A stretch of 35,345 nt of DNA, from assembly GCA_025363655.1 (NCBI GenBank), contig JANYDK010000135.1, forward strand, positions 1-35,345. The letters run 5' to 3'. The notes beneath the pieces were generated by a model. That model was not told the DNA's origin. It saw only the letters and a program-made list of their open reading frames with translations, and made no database searches. How positions within the stretch are numbered: the stretch's first letter is position 1; each line of letters starts with the position of its first letter. Below are positions 1 through 9,402 of the stretch, in pieces. The stretch comes from Deltaproteobacteria bacterium (GTDB lineage: Bacteria > Myxococcota_A > Polyangia > Polyangiales > JADJMO01). The position numbers and the translations under genes are program-made.

Positions 1-78
1 GCAGTCACCGCCGGCGTCGATGCGAGTGGTGATGATCGTCTTCGGACCGACGGCATTGCGCACGCGGTCAATCGCCAT
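1..78 (-). CDS. 5' end of an unidentified gene running off the left edge of the window (N-terminus MAIDRVRNAVGPKTIITTRIDAGGDC...; the start may lie further upstream, since the frame is open to at least 180)
   Basis: Reverse-complement translation of 1-120 gives protein-like sequence (..GDTGLGERDIEDVEMAIDRVRNAVGPKTIITTRIDAGGDC). The overlapping plus-strand frame is Arg-rich junk. Not in the ORF track because it has no stop within the window. Confidence 0.3.
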   Translation of the reverse strand, partial: MAIDRVRNAVGPKTIITTRIDAGGDC

Positions 79-2056
79 CTCGACGTCTTCGATGTCACGC
101 TCACCGAGTCCGGTGTCGCCCGGTCGAAGGCGCGCCGCGACTCAGCGCGCACGTCGGGCAATAAATTCCCAGCGATTCGCGCTGGCTCGTCGATTACGCC
201 GCCCCACGGGTCACGCGACTGGAGCGAAATCCAGGTTCAGTCATAGCGTCAGCACGAAGCTGGACGCGCTCGGCCGCGTCGCGTCGCTCTTCGTCGATAC
301 CACCAACTACGACTTCACCTTCGATGCGCACGGGCTGGTTTCAGGCGCCGGCGCGCTGACTGTCGAACGCACCGACGCGACCACGGACCGAGTGACGCGC
401 ACGCTGCTGGCGGGCGTGCACTCGATCGAAGAGAAGTTCACCGCGCCCAACGGCTTCGGGGAGCTCACGGGGTACACGGTTCGCGACATCAAGGCGTCCG
501 GAGGGCGAACGATCTACAGCTTGACGCTCCTTCGCGATGGGCTCGGACGCATCGCGGAGAAGGATGAGACCCTCGAAGGCACGCTGACGAAGCTGACATA
601 TGCCTACTATCCGTCAGGCGCGCTCAAGGACGTGCGCGATGTGACGGGAAAGACCCTCCTCGTCGCCTCCTTCGCCTATGACGAGAACGGCAATCGTCTG
701 CAGGAAAAGGGACCATTCTCGACTGCCTATGGGTCGTATGAGCAGACTGATCGAATCCGTTCTTGGTCGAGTGGGACCTACGCGTGGGATGATCTCGGGC
801 GTCTCGCGCGGAGCAACATCAGCTTTCTGAACAGCACGTATTCATACGACAGTCTCGGCCACCTGACAGGCGTCCTCGGCAAGAAATCCGGGTCGACGAG
901 GGGCACGAACGTGACGTATCGCATCGACGGTATGGGGCGTCGTATTGCCAAATACGTCGACTCGAAGCCGGAGCGCGGATGGCTCTGGAATGGCAGTCGA
1001 ATCGTCGCCGAGACGGATTCGAGCGGCGCCGTTCGCGCGCACTTCGTGTGGGGCACGAAGGGCAACGTCCCCGATTACATGGTCGTCGTGCGAGGCGCCG
1101 ATGCAGGGACTTACAAGATCGTCGCCGACCATGTCGGCACCGTTCGCGAGGTCATCGACGTCAAGACCGGCCTTGCCAAACAACGAATCGACTACAATCC
1201 GGATGGATTCGGTGCGTTGGCCATCAACACTTCGACCGGAGTGCCACTCGATACCAATCCTGGATTCCAGCCCTTCGGTTTCGCCGGCGGAATGTACGAC
1301 TTCTCGACGAGCCTCCTGCACTTCGGCGCTCGAGACTATGACGGAGTCACCGGGCGATGGCTCTCCCCCGATCCGTCGTTGTTCGCAGGCGGAGAGAATC
1401 TCTACGTCTACGCCGGGAACGACCCGATAAACTTCGTCGATACCGACGGCCACCGGCCCGGCGAGTTCCAAGACGAGATCATCGACTATCTGCCGGGCTT
1501 CGGCGCCTGGGGGATCGGCGTCCAGCACCGCGCGGACGGCATCCTGATGATGGGCCGCGACGAGACCGCACGCGACGGCGAACGCCGCATGGCGCAGGGC
1601 GTCTGCGAAATGAACATCGGCGAGATGGCCGTCAATGGCGTGGCCGACATTTCAGTCGGTGTGGCCGGGCTGTTGGTGACGCCCAAGCCGGGACTTGGAG
1701 GGGGTTCCCACCGGGCGGTGCGAACATCGAACGTCGGGGGCCAGGTTCACCACATGCCCTCCTGGAACGCCCTTGAGAGGTGGTCGGGCAAGCCGGCATC
1801 GATCAAGTACGGCTCAGCCGGAGGTATCTTGATGTCTCTGGAAGACCACGCGGACACCTTGAGTTGGGGATCTACTATGGAAGCGAAGGGTTACCGAAAG
1901 ATGCAGCTTGACATGCTGAATCAAGGGATGTTTCTTGACGTGCTCGCGATGGATGTTCGCGACGTGCGACGTATTGCCGAATTGCGCGGAGATCCGGGAC
2001 GATACGAGACACAAATCGCTGAAGCGATGGCATTTTGGTGGAGTGGAAATTGGTGA
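20..2056 (+). CDS. RHS / YD-repeat protein, C-terminal module (RHS repeats, RHS core, variable C-terminal toxin domain). The 5' boundary is uncertain: possibly an orphan C-terminal fragment with a real start near 250-300.
   Basis: Repeated YD motifs (TTNYDFTFDAHG, YAYYPSGALKDV, FAYDENGNRL, SYDSLGHLTG). Canonical RHS core end GARDYDGVTGRWLSPDPSLFAGGENLYVYAGNDPINFVDTDGHRP (DPxGL + PxxxxDPxGL-type hyperconserved junction). About 200 aa of non-RHS variable tail follows. The first ~80 codons of the listed ORF are low-complexity Arg-rich and probably non-coding in this frame. Confidence 0.75.
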   Translation: MRVVMIVFGPTALRTRSIAISTSSMSRSPSPVSPGRRRAATQRARRAINSQRFALARRLRRPTGHATGAKSRFSHSVSTKLDALGRVASLFVDTTNYDFTFDAHGLVSGAGALTVERTDATTDRVTRTLLAGVHSIEEKFTAPNGFGELTGYTVRDIKASGGRTIYSLTLLRDGLGRIAEKDETLEGTLTKLTYAYYPSGALKDVRDVTGKTLLVASFAYDENGNRLQEKGPFSTAYGSYEQTDRIRSWSSGTYAWDDLGRLARSNISFLNSTYSYDSLGHLTGVLGKKSGSTRGTNVTYRIDGMGRRIAKYVDSKPERGWLWNGSRIVAETDSSGAVRAHFVWGTKGNVPDYMVVVRGADAGTYKIVADHVGTVREVIDVKTGLAKQRIDYNPDGFGALAINTSTGVPLDTNPGFQPFGFAGGMYDFSTSLLHFGARDYDGVTGRWLSPDPSLFAGGENLYVYAGNDPINFVDTDGHRPGEFQDEIIDYLPGFGAWGIGVQHRADGILMMGRDETARDGERRMAQGVCEMNIGEMAVNGVADISVGVAGLLVTPKPGLGGGSHRAVRTSNVGGQVHHMPSWNALERWSGKPASIKYGSAGGILMSLEDHADTLSWGSTMEAKGYRKMQLDMLNQGMFLDVLAMDVRDVRRIAELRGDPGRYETQIAEAMAFWWSGNW

Positions 2057-2460
2057 GCAAGTTGACCTTCGAAGTCACGCCCTTCGTCGGGATCGGTCGA
2101 GCGTGTCTCGGCGAAGACAGCGCGGTTATTCGCGCCAAGCTCGGCCCGCACCGGTCAGGGCCAGGGCGTGAGGCGTACCTGGAGGGCGCAATCGTCGTCC
2201 ACTATGACCGTGACGATCTCGCCGACCACATCGAAGTGGTCGGGGACGTCTGTACGTACCGCGGCATCCGTCTTCTCGGAATCCACGCCGACGAGGCGAT
2301 GTCGGAACTTGCGAAGTACGGGCCGGTCGACGAGTCCGATGGTGAGTTCCCCTACACATGCATCTATCCGTCTGTCGGCATTTCGTTGTGGCGGACGGTG
2401 CTCCCGGCCGACGATCCCGACGGCGACGGCCGTTTCGAAACGCTGTCCATTTGGCGATAG
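2035..2460 (+). CDS. Putative cognate immunity protein of the RHS toxin (small acidic protein, overlaps the toxin stop by 22 nt)
   Basis: 141-aa ORF starting inside the last codons of the RHS gene (typical translational coupling of toxin-immunity pairs). No recognisable family by eye. Confidence 0.45.
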   Translation: MVEWKLVSKLTFEVTPFVGIGRACLGEDSAVIRAKLGPHRSGPGREAYLEGAIVVHYDRDDLADHIEVVGDVCTYRGIRLLGIHADEAMSELAKYGPVDESDGEFPYTCIYPSVGISLWRTVLPADDPDGDGRFETLSIWR

Positions 2461-2483
2461 CCACCGGCTACAATCGCTGCTCC

Positions 2484-2582
2484 ATGCCCCGCGCGCTCAT
2501 CTTCTCGTCCCTGGCGCTCCTTGGCGCACTGGGCGGAGCGTGCCCTAACGAGTTCTATGCAGGTATCCCGAGTTGGGTCTGA
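2484..2582 (+). pseudogene. Truncated duplicate of the lipoprotein signal peptide of the downstream lipase gene (MPRALIFSSLALLGALGGAC...stop after 32 codons)
   Basis: MPRALIFSSLALLGALGGAC (2484-) versus MSRAIIFGFLAITGALGGAC (2704-). The flanking nucleotide context is also duplicated (about 2385-2585 versus 2585-2790). Confidence 0.55.
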
Positions 2583-2703
2583 GTCTTTGGCGGAGTGCGA
2601 TTCCGGGCGACAGCCCGAGTGAGCCCGATTGCGGTGCGTACTTCGAGTCGGTGGCGATCGACGAGAAGACTCGGTAGCGATCGGCTAACATCGCTTCCTC
2701 TCG

Positions 2704-3990
2704 ATGTCCCGCGCGATCATTTTCGGTTTCCTGGCGATCACCGGCGCGCTCGGCGGAGCGTGCTTGCCGCGGCAAGCGGGCACGACCGCCGCGACTCCCG
2801 CCGCTGGGGCAGCTGCGACCGCATCAACTGCAGCAACTCCGACCGGCCCCATCGACCCAACCCCATCCCCCACCTGCGCCCGCCCGGGCTGCATCCGCAC
2901 CGCGACCAAAATCGGTGACTTCCCCCTCCTCGCCCTCCGCGCCACCGTCGACCCGCGCGTCGTCATCGACAACGGCTACACGGTTTGGGCAATCGAATAC
3001 CTCACCGGCACCCAAACCTCCCTCGCGACGGTCACCATCCCCTTCCCCGCCACGCCTCCATCAGGTGGCTATGCAATCGTCGCCAACAACCACGGAACGG
3101 TCGGCCTCGACGATCCCTGCAAGCTCACCGGCACGGTCTCGGGCGCGGGGCTGAGTGGGCTCTTCGGCGCGCGTGGGATGATCGGCGTCGCCTCGGACTA
3201 TCCCGGTCTCGGCACACCCGGCGTGCTCCCGTATCTCGTCTCCGACGTCGAAGGAAAAGCGTCCCTCGATGGTTTGCGCGCCGCCCGCGATCTCGCGCGT
3301 TGGCAGAATGTCGCCATCTCCGAGCGCTACGCGGTCGCCGGTCTCAGTGAAGGAGGTCACGCGACGCTCGCCGCCGCCGCGCTCCACCAAGCCTACGCGC
3401 CCGAGCTCGACATCCGTGGCTTCGCTGCTGCGGCGCCGGCGAGCATGTTCGAGGAAGACTGGCGCGCCGGCTTCGTCGACGGTCCGCTCGTCACCTTCCA
3501 AGCGATGCTCGTCTACGCGTGGGCCGATCACTACGCCTATTCCGGGCCGGAAATCTGGGGCGCCGGTATGCAACCGACGATCGCCGGCGCGATGACCCAC
3601 GAGTGCGTCGGCGGTTGGGGGAGCAGCGGGCTCGCTGCCGCGATCGGTTCCTCGAAGCGCGCGGTCGTCTTCTCGAGCGGCTTTCTCACCGCGTACGAGA
3701 CCGGCAATTGGGGCGCGTACGCCGTCTTCGGCAAAGCGTTCACCGAAAATCGCATCGGTCCCTACACGCAGACCGCGCCGCTGAAGATTTACCAAGGCGA
3801 CGCCGACACCATCGTCTTCCCGCTGACCACCGGCCGCCTCGTCGGAGCCCTCCGCAAGGGCGGCGTCACCCTCGACTACGAAATCGTCCCCGCGGCGACG
3901 CACCTCGATCTCGCATTCGGCTTCGTCGCCTCGTACGAGCGTCGCACCGAGGGCTCGATCGAGTGGATTCGTGCCCAGCTCGCGCGCTGA
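2704..3990 (+). CDS. Secreted alpha/beta-hydrolase, secretory-lipase-like lipoprotein
   Basis: Lipoprotein signal peptide with lipobox LGGAC. Pro/Ala/Thr-rich linker. Nucleophile-elbow GxSxG motif (GLSEGGHA). Size and layout are consistent with the LIP/secretory lipase family. Confidence 0.6.
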   Translation: MSRAIIFGFLAITGALGGACLPRQAGTTAATPAAGAAATASTAATPTGPIDPTPSPTCARPGCIRTATKIGDFPLLALRATVDPRVVIDNGYTVWAIEYLTGTQTSLATVTIPFPATPPSGGYAIVANNHGTVGLDDPCKLTGTVSGAGLSGLFGARGMIGVASDYPGLGTPGVLPYLVSDVEGKASLDGLRAARDLARWQNVAISERYAVAGLSEGGHATLAAAALHQAYAPELDIRGFAAAAPASMFEEDWRAGFVDGPLVTFQAMLVYAWADHYAYSGPEIWGAGMQPTIAGAMTHECVGGWGSSGLAAAIGSSKRAVVFSSGFLTAYETGNWGAYAVFGKAFTENRIGPYTQTAPLKIYQGDADTIVFPLTTGRLVGALRKGGVTLDYEIVPAATHLDLAFGFVASYERRTEGSIEWIRAQLAR

Positions 3991-4152
3991 GCGGGGCACC
4001 GGTGCATCCCTGCGCTCCGTCGGCGCATCTTCGCTACACTCGTCGAGTCGTGACGGAGGAGGGGAGACAGCCAGTGACAGCGGATAAAGGCGAGCGGACC
4101 GAACCGGAGGTGAGATCCAGCGAGCGGCCAAAGTTGCGAAGCAATCTTTGGC

Positions 4153-5691
4153 ATGGAGATGGTCATGGATGAAACGCAGCGGGGCCCGTCGGAGGCGCGC
4201 TTTCGAGACGTCGTCGACGGTGCGCCCGATGGTGTCGTCGTCTCGCGCGATGGGCGCATTCTCTATGCGAACGCGGCGGCGTTGCGGCTCCTCGGCTTTG
4301 GCGAAGTCGCCGAGCTCATCGGTCAGCCGATGTCGATCTTCCTCGACGCCGACGCGATGATGACGATGCGACGGCGCTTGCAGCAGATGCGCGAGACCGG
4401 CGCGCAACCGACGCCGCGCGAGTATCTGGCCAAGCGTCGCGACGGCAGCACCGTGACCGCCGAAATTTCCTCGATCTTCATCGAATACGACGGCGCGCCG
4501 GCGGTGCTCGCCTTTGCGCGCGACGTCACCGAGCGATCTCGACTTCGTGCGCAGCTCGAGCACGCCGATCGGTTGGCGTCGCTCGGGATGCTCGCCGGCG
4601 GCGTCGCCCACGAGATCAACAATCCGCTCGCGTTCGTCGGCCTCGCGACGTCCCTCCTCGAGCAGCGACTGGCCGGCAACGGTGATCCGGCCGAGCTGAC
4701 GGCGCTCGTCGGTGACATCCGCGCCGGCATCGATCGCATCGCCGCGGTCGCGCGCGATTTGCGCCTCTACGGCCGCTACGAGGACGAACCGGCGTCGATC
4801 GTCGACGTCGCCGCGGTGCTCGACGACGCCGAACGTCTCGTGGCGCACGAGCTTCGTTCGCGGGCTCGCTTGCGGCGCGAGCTCGAGACGCTCTCGCCCG
4901 TGCTCGCGGTGCCGCGCCGCCTCGAACAGGTCTTCGTCAACCTGCTGCTCAATGCGGCGCATGCCATCCCCGACGAGCGCGAGGGTGAGGTCGTCGTCCG
5001 CGCTCGCAGTGAGGGAGCCTGGGTCATCGTCGAAATCGAAGACGACGGCGTCGGCATCCCCGAAGGCGATCTCGCGCGTATTTTCGAGCCATTTCACACG
5101 ACGCGAGCGAGCAGCTCCGGCACCGGGCTCGGTCTCTCGATTTGTCGCGGCATCGTCGAGCGCGCCGGCGGGACCATTCACGCCACCGGTGCGCCGGGGC
5201 AGGGCACCGTCATCCAAGTACGTCTGCCACGAGCGCTCGCCGTCAGCGCCGCCGCCGAAGCAGGAGTCCCCCGCACTCCTCTCCAAGAGCCCGCTCCCAC
5301 GCACGTCGTCGGCGCTACCAGCCCTCGTCGCCGCGTCTTCATCGTCGACGACGAGCCGGCGATCGTCGCCGTCCTCGTGCGCACGCTCGGCGAGCGGCAC
5401 GACATCATCGGCGAGACCGACCCAGCTGCCGCCCTCGCCCGCCTCCTCGACGGCGCCGCCTTCGACGTCGTCCTCTGCGACCTGATGATGCCGGGCACCA
5501 CCGGTATGGAGCTACACGCGACCATCGCCCGCGAGAGGCCGGGCTTCGAGTCGCGCTTCGTCTTCATGACCGGTGGTTCCCACAATCGCCGTGCCCGCGA
5601 TTTCCTCGACAGCGTGCCCAATGGCCGCCTGATGAAGCCTTTCGCCCCCGATCAGCTCGAAGCACTGCTGCTGGCGCCACCGGGCGGGTGA
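4153..5691 (+). CDS. PAS-domain hybrid sensor histidine kinase (PAS - HisKA - HATPase_c - receiver)
   Basis: PAS region (VVVSRDGRILYANAAALRLLGF). H-box HEINNPLA. G2 box GTGLGLSICRGIVERAGG. C-terminal receiver (VFIVDDEPAIV...CDLMMPGTTGMEL...KPF). Confidence 0.85.
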   Translation: MEMVMDETQRGPSEARFRDVVDGAPDGVVVSRDGRILYANAAALRLLGFGEVAELIGQPMSIFLDADAMMTMRRRLQQMRETGAQPTPREYLAKRRDGSTVTAEISSIFIEYDGAPAVLAFARDVTERSRLRAQLEHADRLASLGMLAGGVAHEINNPLAFVGLATSLLEQRLAGNGDPAELTALVGDIRAGIDRIAAVARDLRLYGRYEDEPASIVDVAAVLDDAERLVAHELRSRARLRRELETLSPVLAVPRRLEQVFVNLLLNAAHAIPDEREGEVVVRARSEGAWVIVEIEDDGVGIPEGDLARIFEPFHTTRASSSGTGLGLSICRGIVERAGGTIHATGAPGQGTVIQVRLPRALAVSAAAEAGVPRTPLQEPAPTHVVGATSPRRRVFIVDDEPAIVAVLVRTLGERHDIIGETDPAAALARLLDGAAFDVVLCDLMMPGTTGMELHATIARERPGFESRFVFMTGGSHNRRARDFLDSVPNGRLMKPFAPDQLEALLLAPPGG

Positions 5692-5716
5692 AGTCGCCTC
5701 ATTCGCGTCATTCTCC

Positions 5717-6508
5717 TCACTGCAAAACAGCCACCATCGCCGAATTCAAATGCTTCGGCTCGATCGCCTCGGTGCGCACCTTGCCATCGTAGGTCTTGCC
5801 GCGGAACGTCACCGGATAGGGCGCCAACTTGCAGGTCGGGTGATCGATGGTGAACGCCACGTCGGCCCCGGGAGTGACGTTGTAGATGACCGCTACAGGC
5901 CTATCACCGGCCACCTTCTGGAAGGAAGTCACCGTGTCGTCGGGAATGCTCGACTCGCCGAAATAGGAGACTTTGGCGTCGGCCGGCGCCGTCACCTTCA
6001 GGGTACCCCCCACGGGGCTGGTGCAGGTGCCGGTGGTGACGACGACGAGATGGATGAGCGCCTTGGTGGTGTCGATGCCGGCGAGGATCCCTGACTCGAC
6101 GTTGTAGAGATCGGCCGTCGCCGACACCGCGGTACCGAAATCGACGTCGGCGCCCGCCTTCTCTGGCTTCGAGTCGGGGAAGTAGAGGAGCGAGTACTTC
6201 GGCCCGGTGACGATCGGTTGCAGCTTGGCGTCCGCCGGCACCGTGAGCGACCACGCGCCGGTCGCGTCGGTGGTGGTGGATTGGCCGTTGTCGGTGATCG
6301 AGAGCCCCGCGGCCGGGTTGAGCGTCGCGTAGTCGACCATGATGCCGTGCTCGACGACGGTGCCGGGCGCGGCCTCTTTTGCAGCATCGGAACCGACGTC
6401 GATGGCGACGTCAGCACCAGCGTCGGTGCCGGAGACAGGGTTGGGCGACGAGCTGCTGCTACAACCGAGCGAGACGAGCGCTACGAGCGCGAGCGGCGAG
6501 ACGAACAT
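5717..6508 (-). CDS. Hypothetical lipoprotein
   Basis: Internal start MFVSPLALVALVSLGCSS (signal peptide + lipobox LGC). The upstream 36 codons of the listed ORF are likely non-coding. No recognisable domain. Confidence 0.5.
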   Translation of the reverse strand: MFVSPLALVALVSLGCSSSSSPNPVSGTDAGADVAIDVGSDAAKEAAPGTVVEHGIMVDYATLNPAAGLSITDNGQSTTTDATGAWSLTVPADAKLQPIVTGPKYSLLYFPDSKPEKAGADVDFGTAVSATADLYNVESGILAGIDTTKALIHLVVVTTGTCTSPVGGTLKVTAPADAKVSYFGESSIPDDTVTSFQKVAGDRPVAVIYNVTPGADVAFTIDHPTCKLAPYPVTFRGKTYDGKVRTEAIEPKHLNSAMVAVLQ

Positions 6509-6711
6509 GCCGAGAACCAGCGAGCTGGAATGGATTCGCAACGAGAACCTCCTTCGTGGATGACCCCCCCCCGAAGCAGTCCCCTCCCCACGACACGACA
6601 CGAACTTCCCTCCCACAAGCCCCAGTATTGCACCCTTTCGGTTACGCGCTGGGATCCCTCACATCGCAGTCGCTGGTGCGAAGAAGCGTACCTCCGCTTT
6701 CGCTTCTTCCA

Positions 6712-9243
6712 TCAGCTCCACCAATAAGACATCTTCAGCAGGAAAATATCGGCTGCCGGTGCGTGCCGGAGGGCGCCGAAATCGAGGTGGCCGATGTCGC
6801 CTTGGGACACCAACTTCTGCGGCGCTTGTGCGCGGGTGTAGACGAGATAGAGCGTCGAGCCGAGCGTCCACTCCCAACGGAGGACGACGTTGACGTTGAG
6901 CGCCGCTTCTTTGAAGTCGGGATTGGTGGTCGGCGCGCCGGTCTTGCGTAGCTCGTCGAGGTGGACGCGGGCGCCGGCGCCGACGTCGGCCGCACTGAAA
7001 TCGGCGTAGTGTCCGGAGGCGACGAAGAGCTGCGCGTACGTCTGCAACGAGAGGCGCGGGGCGAACGTGTAGGTGGCGCGGAGCGTGGCGCCGAGGCTCT
7101 TCGCGCGCAGCGTCCCGAAGCGATACTCGGTCGCACCAGGTTGATCGACGTAGCGCGGCTCGCCGGTCTGGTAGCCGAGGGTAGGGAGGAGCTCGACGTC
7201 GAGCTGCGGGAGGGCGCGGACGACGAGCGCGGCCTCGGCGGCCCAGCTGCGCCCGTTGGCGAGGAATTCGTTCTGCATCCACACGCGAAATTGCACGCGG
7301 CCGCGCGGATCGGTGTTCATCGCGAACTCGTGGCCGACGTAGCGCGCGCGCTCGAGTGAGGTGCCGTCGCCGATCTCTCGATCGTCGTAGCGGGTCGGCC
7401 GCGCGTGCAGCTCCATGTACATCTGCCAGTTGTTCTTCAGCCGCCACCAGCTGTTCACCCAGGTCATGCGGCCGAGGTTCTTGCCGTCGAGCGAGAGCTT
7501 CTCGGCCCAGGCCACCGACGACCACGTCTCGAGCCACGGGCCGTACGGCTCGAGCGTTCGATAGGCGACGAAGGCCTCGGCGTGATGTTGATTTTGCCGA
7601 CGCATGTAGCCGAGGTCGTTGTAGTCGACGCGTCGCGTGTGCCCGTCGTAGGTGGCATTCCAGAGAATGTGTTTTCCACCCTCTTTGGCGATCGTCACCG
7701 TGGCCGCGCCCCCGGTATCACCGTCTCCGATCTTGGTCCCGTCGGCGAGCGTGCGCGCCGGCCCGTGGACGATTCGGGTGCCGATCGCCTGCGCCGAAAG
7801 CGAATAATCCCCGCCGGGAGATCGATAACGAAAATCGAAGCCGGTGGCGATGGCGTCGTGGAAACAACGAGCATTGGAGAAGACGCTCTCGCCGCTCGGA
7901 CAGAGGGCGGTGCGCGCATCGAGGAGCGGATACGTGCCAGTCTGCTCGGCGTGGGTGACCGCGGTGGTGATCATCCCCAGGGTGGCGTGGGGCGAGAGCT
8001 CTTTCTTCAATCGGAGCACGTGAAAGGCGGTGAGCGGCGTCGTCACCCGCTTGTCGGTGCGTCCGTCGGTGGTGAGCACCGGCACGTCGCTCTTGGCCAT
8101 CAGCGCCGAGAGAGCGCCGACGGTGACGCCGCCTCCGAGCTGCCCGACGAGCTTCTGCGCGCCATAGATGGTCGCCGGCGCAGGAGTGTCGATCAGCTTC
8201 TCGCCATCGCGGAGCTCGGGAGTGGCCGGCGCGCGACCGATGCGACGCGTGTAGACGAGCTGCATCGGCGTCGCGAAGGTGTCGAGCCCCTCGAGGAAGA
8301 AGGGCCGCTTCTCCGGATAGAAGAACTCGTAGTTGCTGAGGTTGAGGATGACCTGATCGGCCTCCACCTGCGCGAAATCAGGGTTGAACGTAGCGTCGAG
8401 CGTGAGATCGGCCGAGACGTGCCAGCGCAAATCGAGCCCCGCGGTGGGGATGAAATCGGTGCCGCTGCCGACCACGTCTTCACCGGGATCGCGACGACGG
8501 AGCCGGCCGATGACGAACGGGCGCAGCTCGAGACCGTTCTTCGGTTTGATGCCGGTGAGCCCGTCGAGACGCCCGTAGTGCGAGACCTCGCCGGCTTGGT
8601 TTCTCGGGATGTATGCCAGCTCGTCGGTCTCGAAGCGCTCGGAGACGTAGCGCCGCGCCTGCACGTGCCAGCTCGCGACGTCGCTCTCCTCGAAGCGGAG
8701 GACGCGCAACGGAATGCGCATCTCCGCCGTCCAACCGGTCTTCGTCACGGTGGTGCGCGCCTCCCAGTTCTCGTCCCAATCGGGCGAGAGCTCGGTGTCG
8801 CTCCAGCGCACCGAATCGCCCATCACCCCCGAGGCATTGACCCAGAACTCGAAGGCGCTCTTGCCGTCACCGCGCGTCGCGAGATCGATCGAGACCACGT
8901 CGGACTCGACCAGTCGATCACGCCGCGTCAGCCGCTCGATGACCTTCGAGGTCGTCTGCACGCACTCGAAAGAGACGTAGATCGCGTCGTCGTCGTAGAG
9001 GATTCGCAGGGTCGTCGGCTCGCTCGGTGACGAGCCTTCGGCGGGAAATTTCTGGGTGAACGAGTGCGTCGCCGGCGCCAGCTGCCAGGCCGCCTCGTCG
9101 AGGACTCCGTCGATCGCCGGCGGCGTCGGCGTGCGCGCCGCGTTGGCGATCGCGCCCGCCGCGCTCGGCCCCGCGTTCGCGGTCTGCGCCATGAGCAGCA
9201 CCGCCAGCGACGTCAGCAGTGACACGGGCCAGACACGCGACAT
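6712..9243 (-). CDS. Large exported protein, DUF5916-family with an N-terminal CBM9-like carbohydrate-binding domain (probable outer-membrane protein)
   Basis: Start chosen at MSRVWPVSLLTSLAVLLMAQTANA (signal peptide). CBM9-like N-terminal region (AWQLAPATHSFTQKF...IYVSFEC...). About 840 aa. C-terminus ends in aromatic residues (..MSYWWS), typical of beta-barrel OMPs. Confidence 0.55.
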   Translation of the reverse strand: MSRVWPVSLLTSLAVLLMAQTANAGPSAAGAIANAARTPTPPAIDGVLDEAAWQLAPATHSFTQKFPAEGSSPSEPTTLRILYDDDAIYVSFECVQTTSKVIERLTRRDRLVESDVVSIDLATRGDGKSAFEFWVNASGVMGDSVRWSDTELSPDWDENWEARTTVTKTGWTAEMRIPLRVLRFEESDVASWHVQARRYVSERFETDELAYIPRNQAGEVSHYGRLDGLTGIKPKNGLELRPFVIGRLRRRDPGEDVVGSGTDFIPTAGLDLRWHVSADLTLDATFNPDFAQVEADQVILNLSNYEFFYPEKRPFFLEGLDTFATPMQLVYTRRIGRAPATPELRDGEKLIDTPAPATIYGAQKLVGQLGGGVTVGALSALMAKSDVPVLTTDGRTDKRVTTPLTAFHVLRLKKELSPHATLGMITTAVTHAEQTGTYPLLDARTALCPSGESVFSNARCFHDAIATGFDFRYRSPGGDYSLSAQAIGTRIVHGPARTLADGTKIGDGDTGGAATVTIAKEGGKHILWNATYDGHTRRVDYNDLGYMRRQNQHHAEAFVAYRTLEPYGPWLETWSSVAWAEKLSLDGKNLGRMTWVNSWWRLKNNWQMYMELHARPTRYDDREIGDGTSLERARYVGHEFAMNTDPRGRVQFRVWMQNEFLANGRSWAAEAALVVRALPQLDVELLPTLGYQTGEPRYVDQPGATEYRFGTLRAKSLGATLRATYTFAPRLSLQTYAQLFVASGHYADFSAADVGAGARVHLDELRKTGAPTTNPDFKEAALNVNVVLRWEWTLGSTLYLVYTRAQAPQKLVSQGDIGHLDFGALRHAPAADIFLLKMSYWWS

Positions 9244-9402
9244 CGAGGGGGCCATACCAAGGGTAGGGTGTCGGACCAATGCCCGAGAACGCTCGACGTA
9301 GGGTCGGTGATCGAATGTCATCGGCACAAAGACCCGCGGCGGTCGCGAAAGTTTCGCGCCGCCGCGTACGTCACTTGCGTCACTCCGATGAAACGATCTG
9401 GA

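Noticed and set aside
3061-5400. 779-aa minus-strand ORF (and similar long ORFs 14354..16312 +, 23030..25159 -, 27112..28731 +, 17289..18296 -, 6659..7537 -, 7405..9030 +, 9268..10746 +, 10658..11863 -, 21045..22316 -)
   Set aside because: Arg/Ala/Gly/Asp-rich low-complexity translations antisense to well-supported genes. These are typical high-GC open-frame artefacts.
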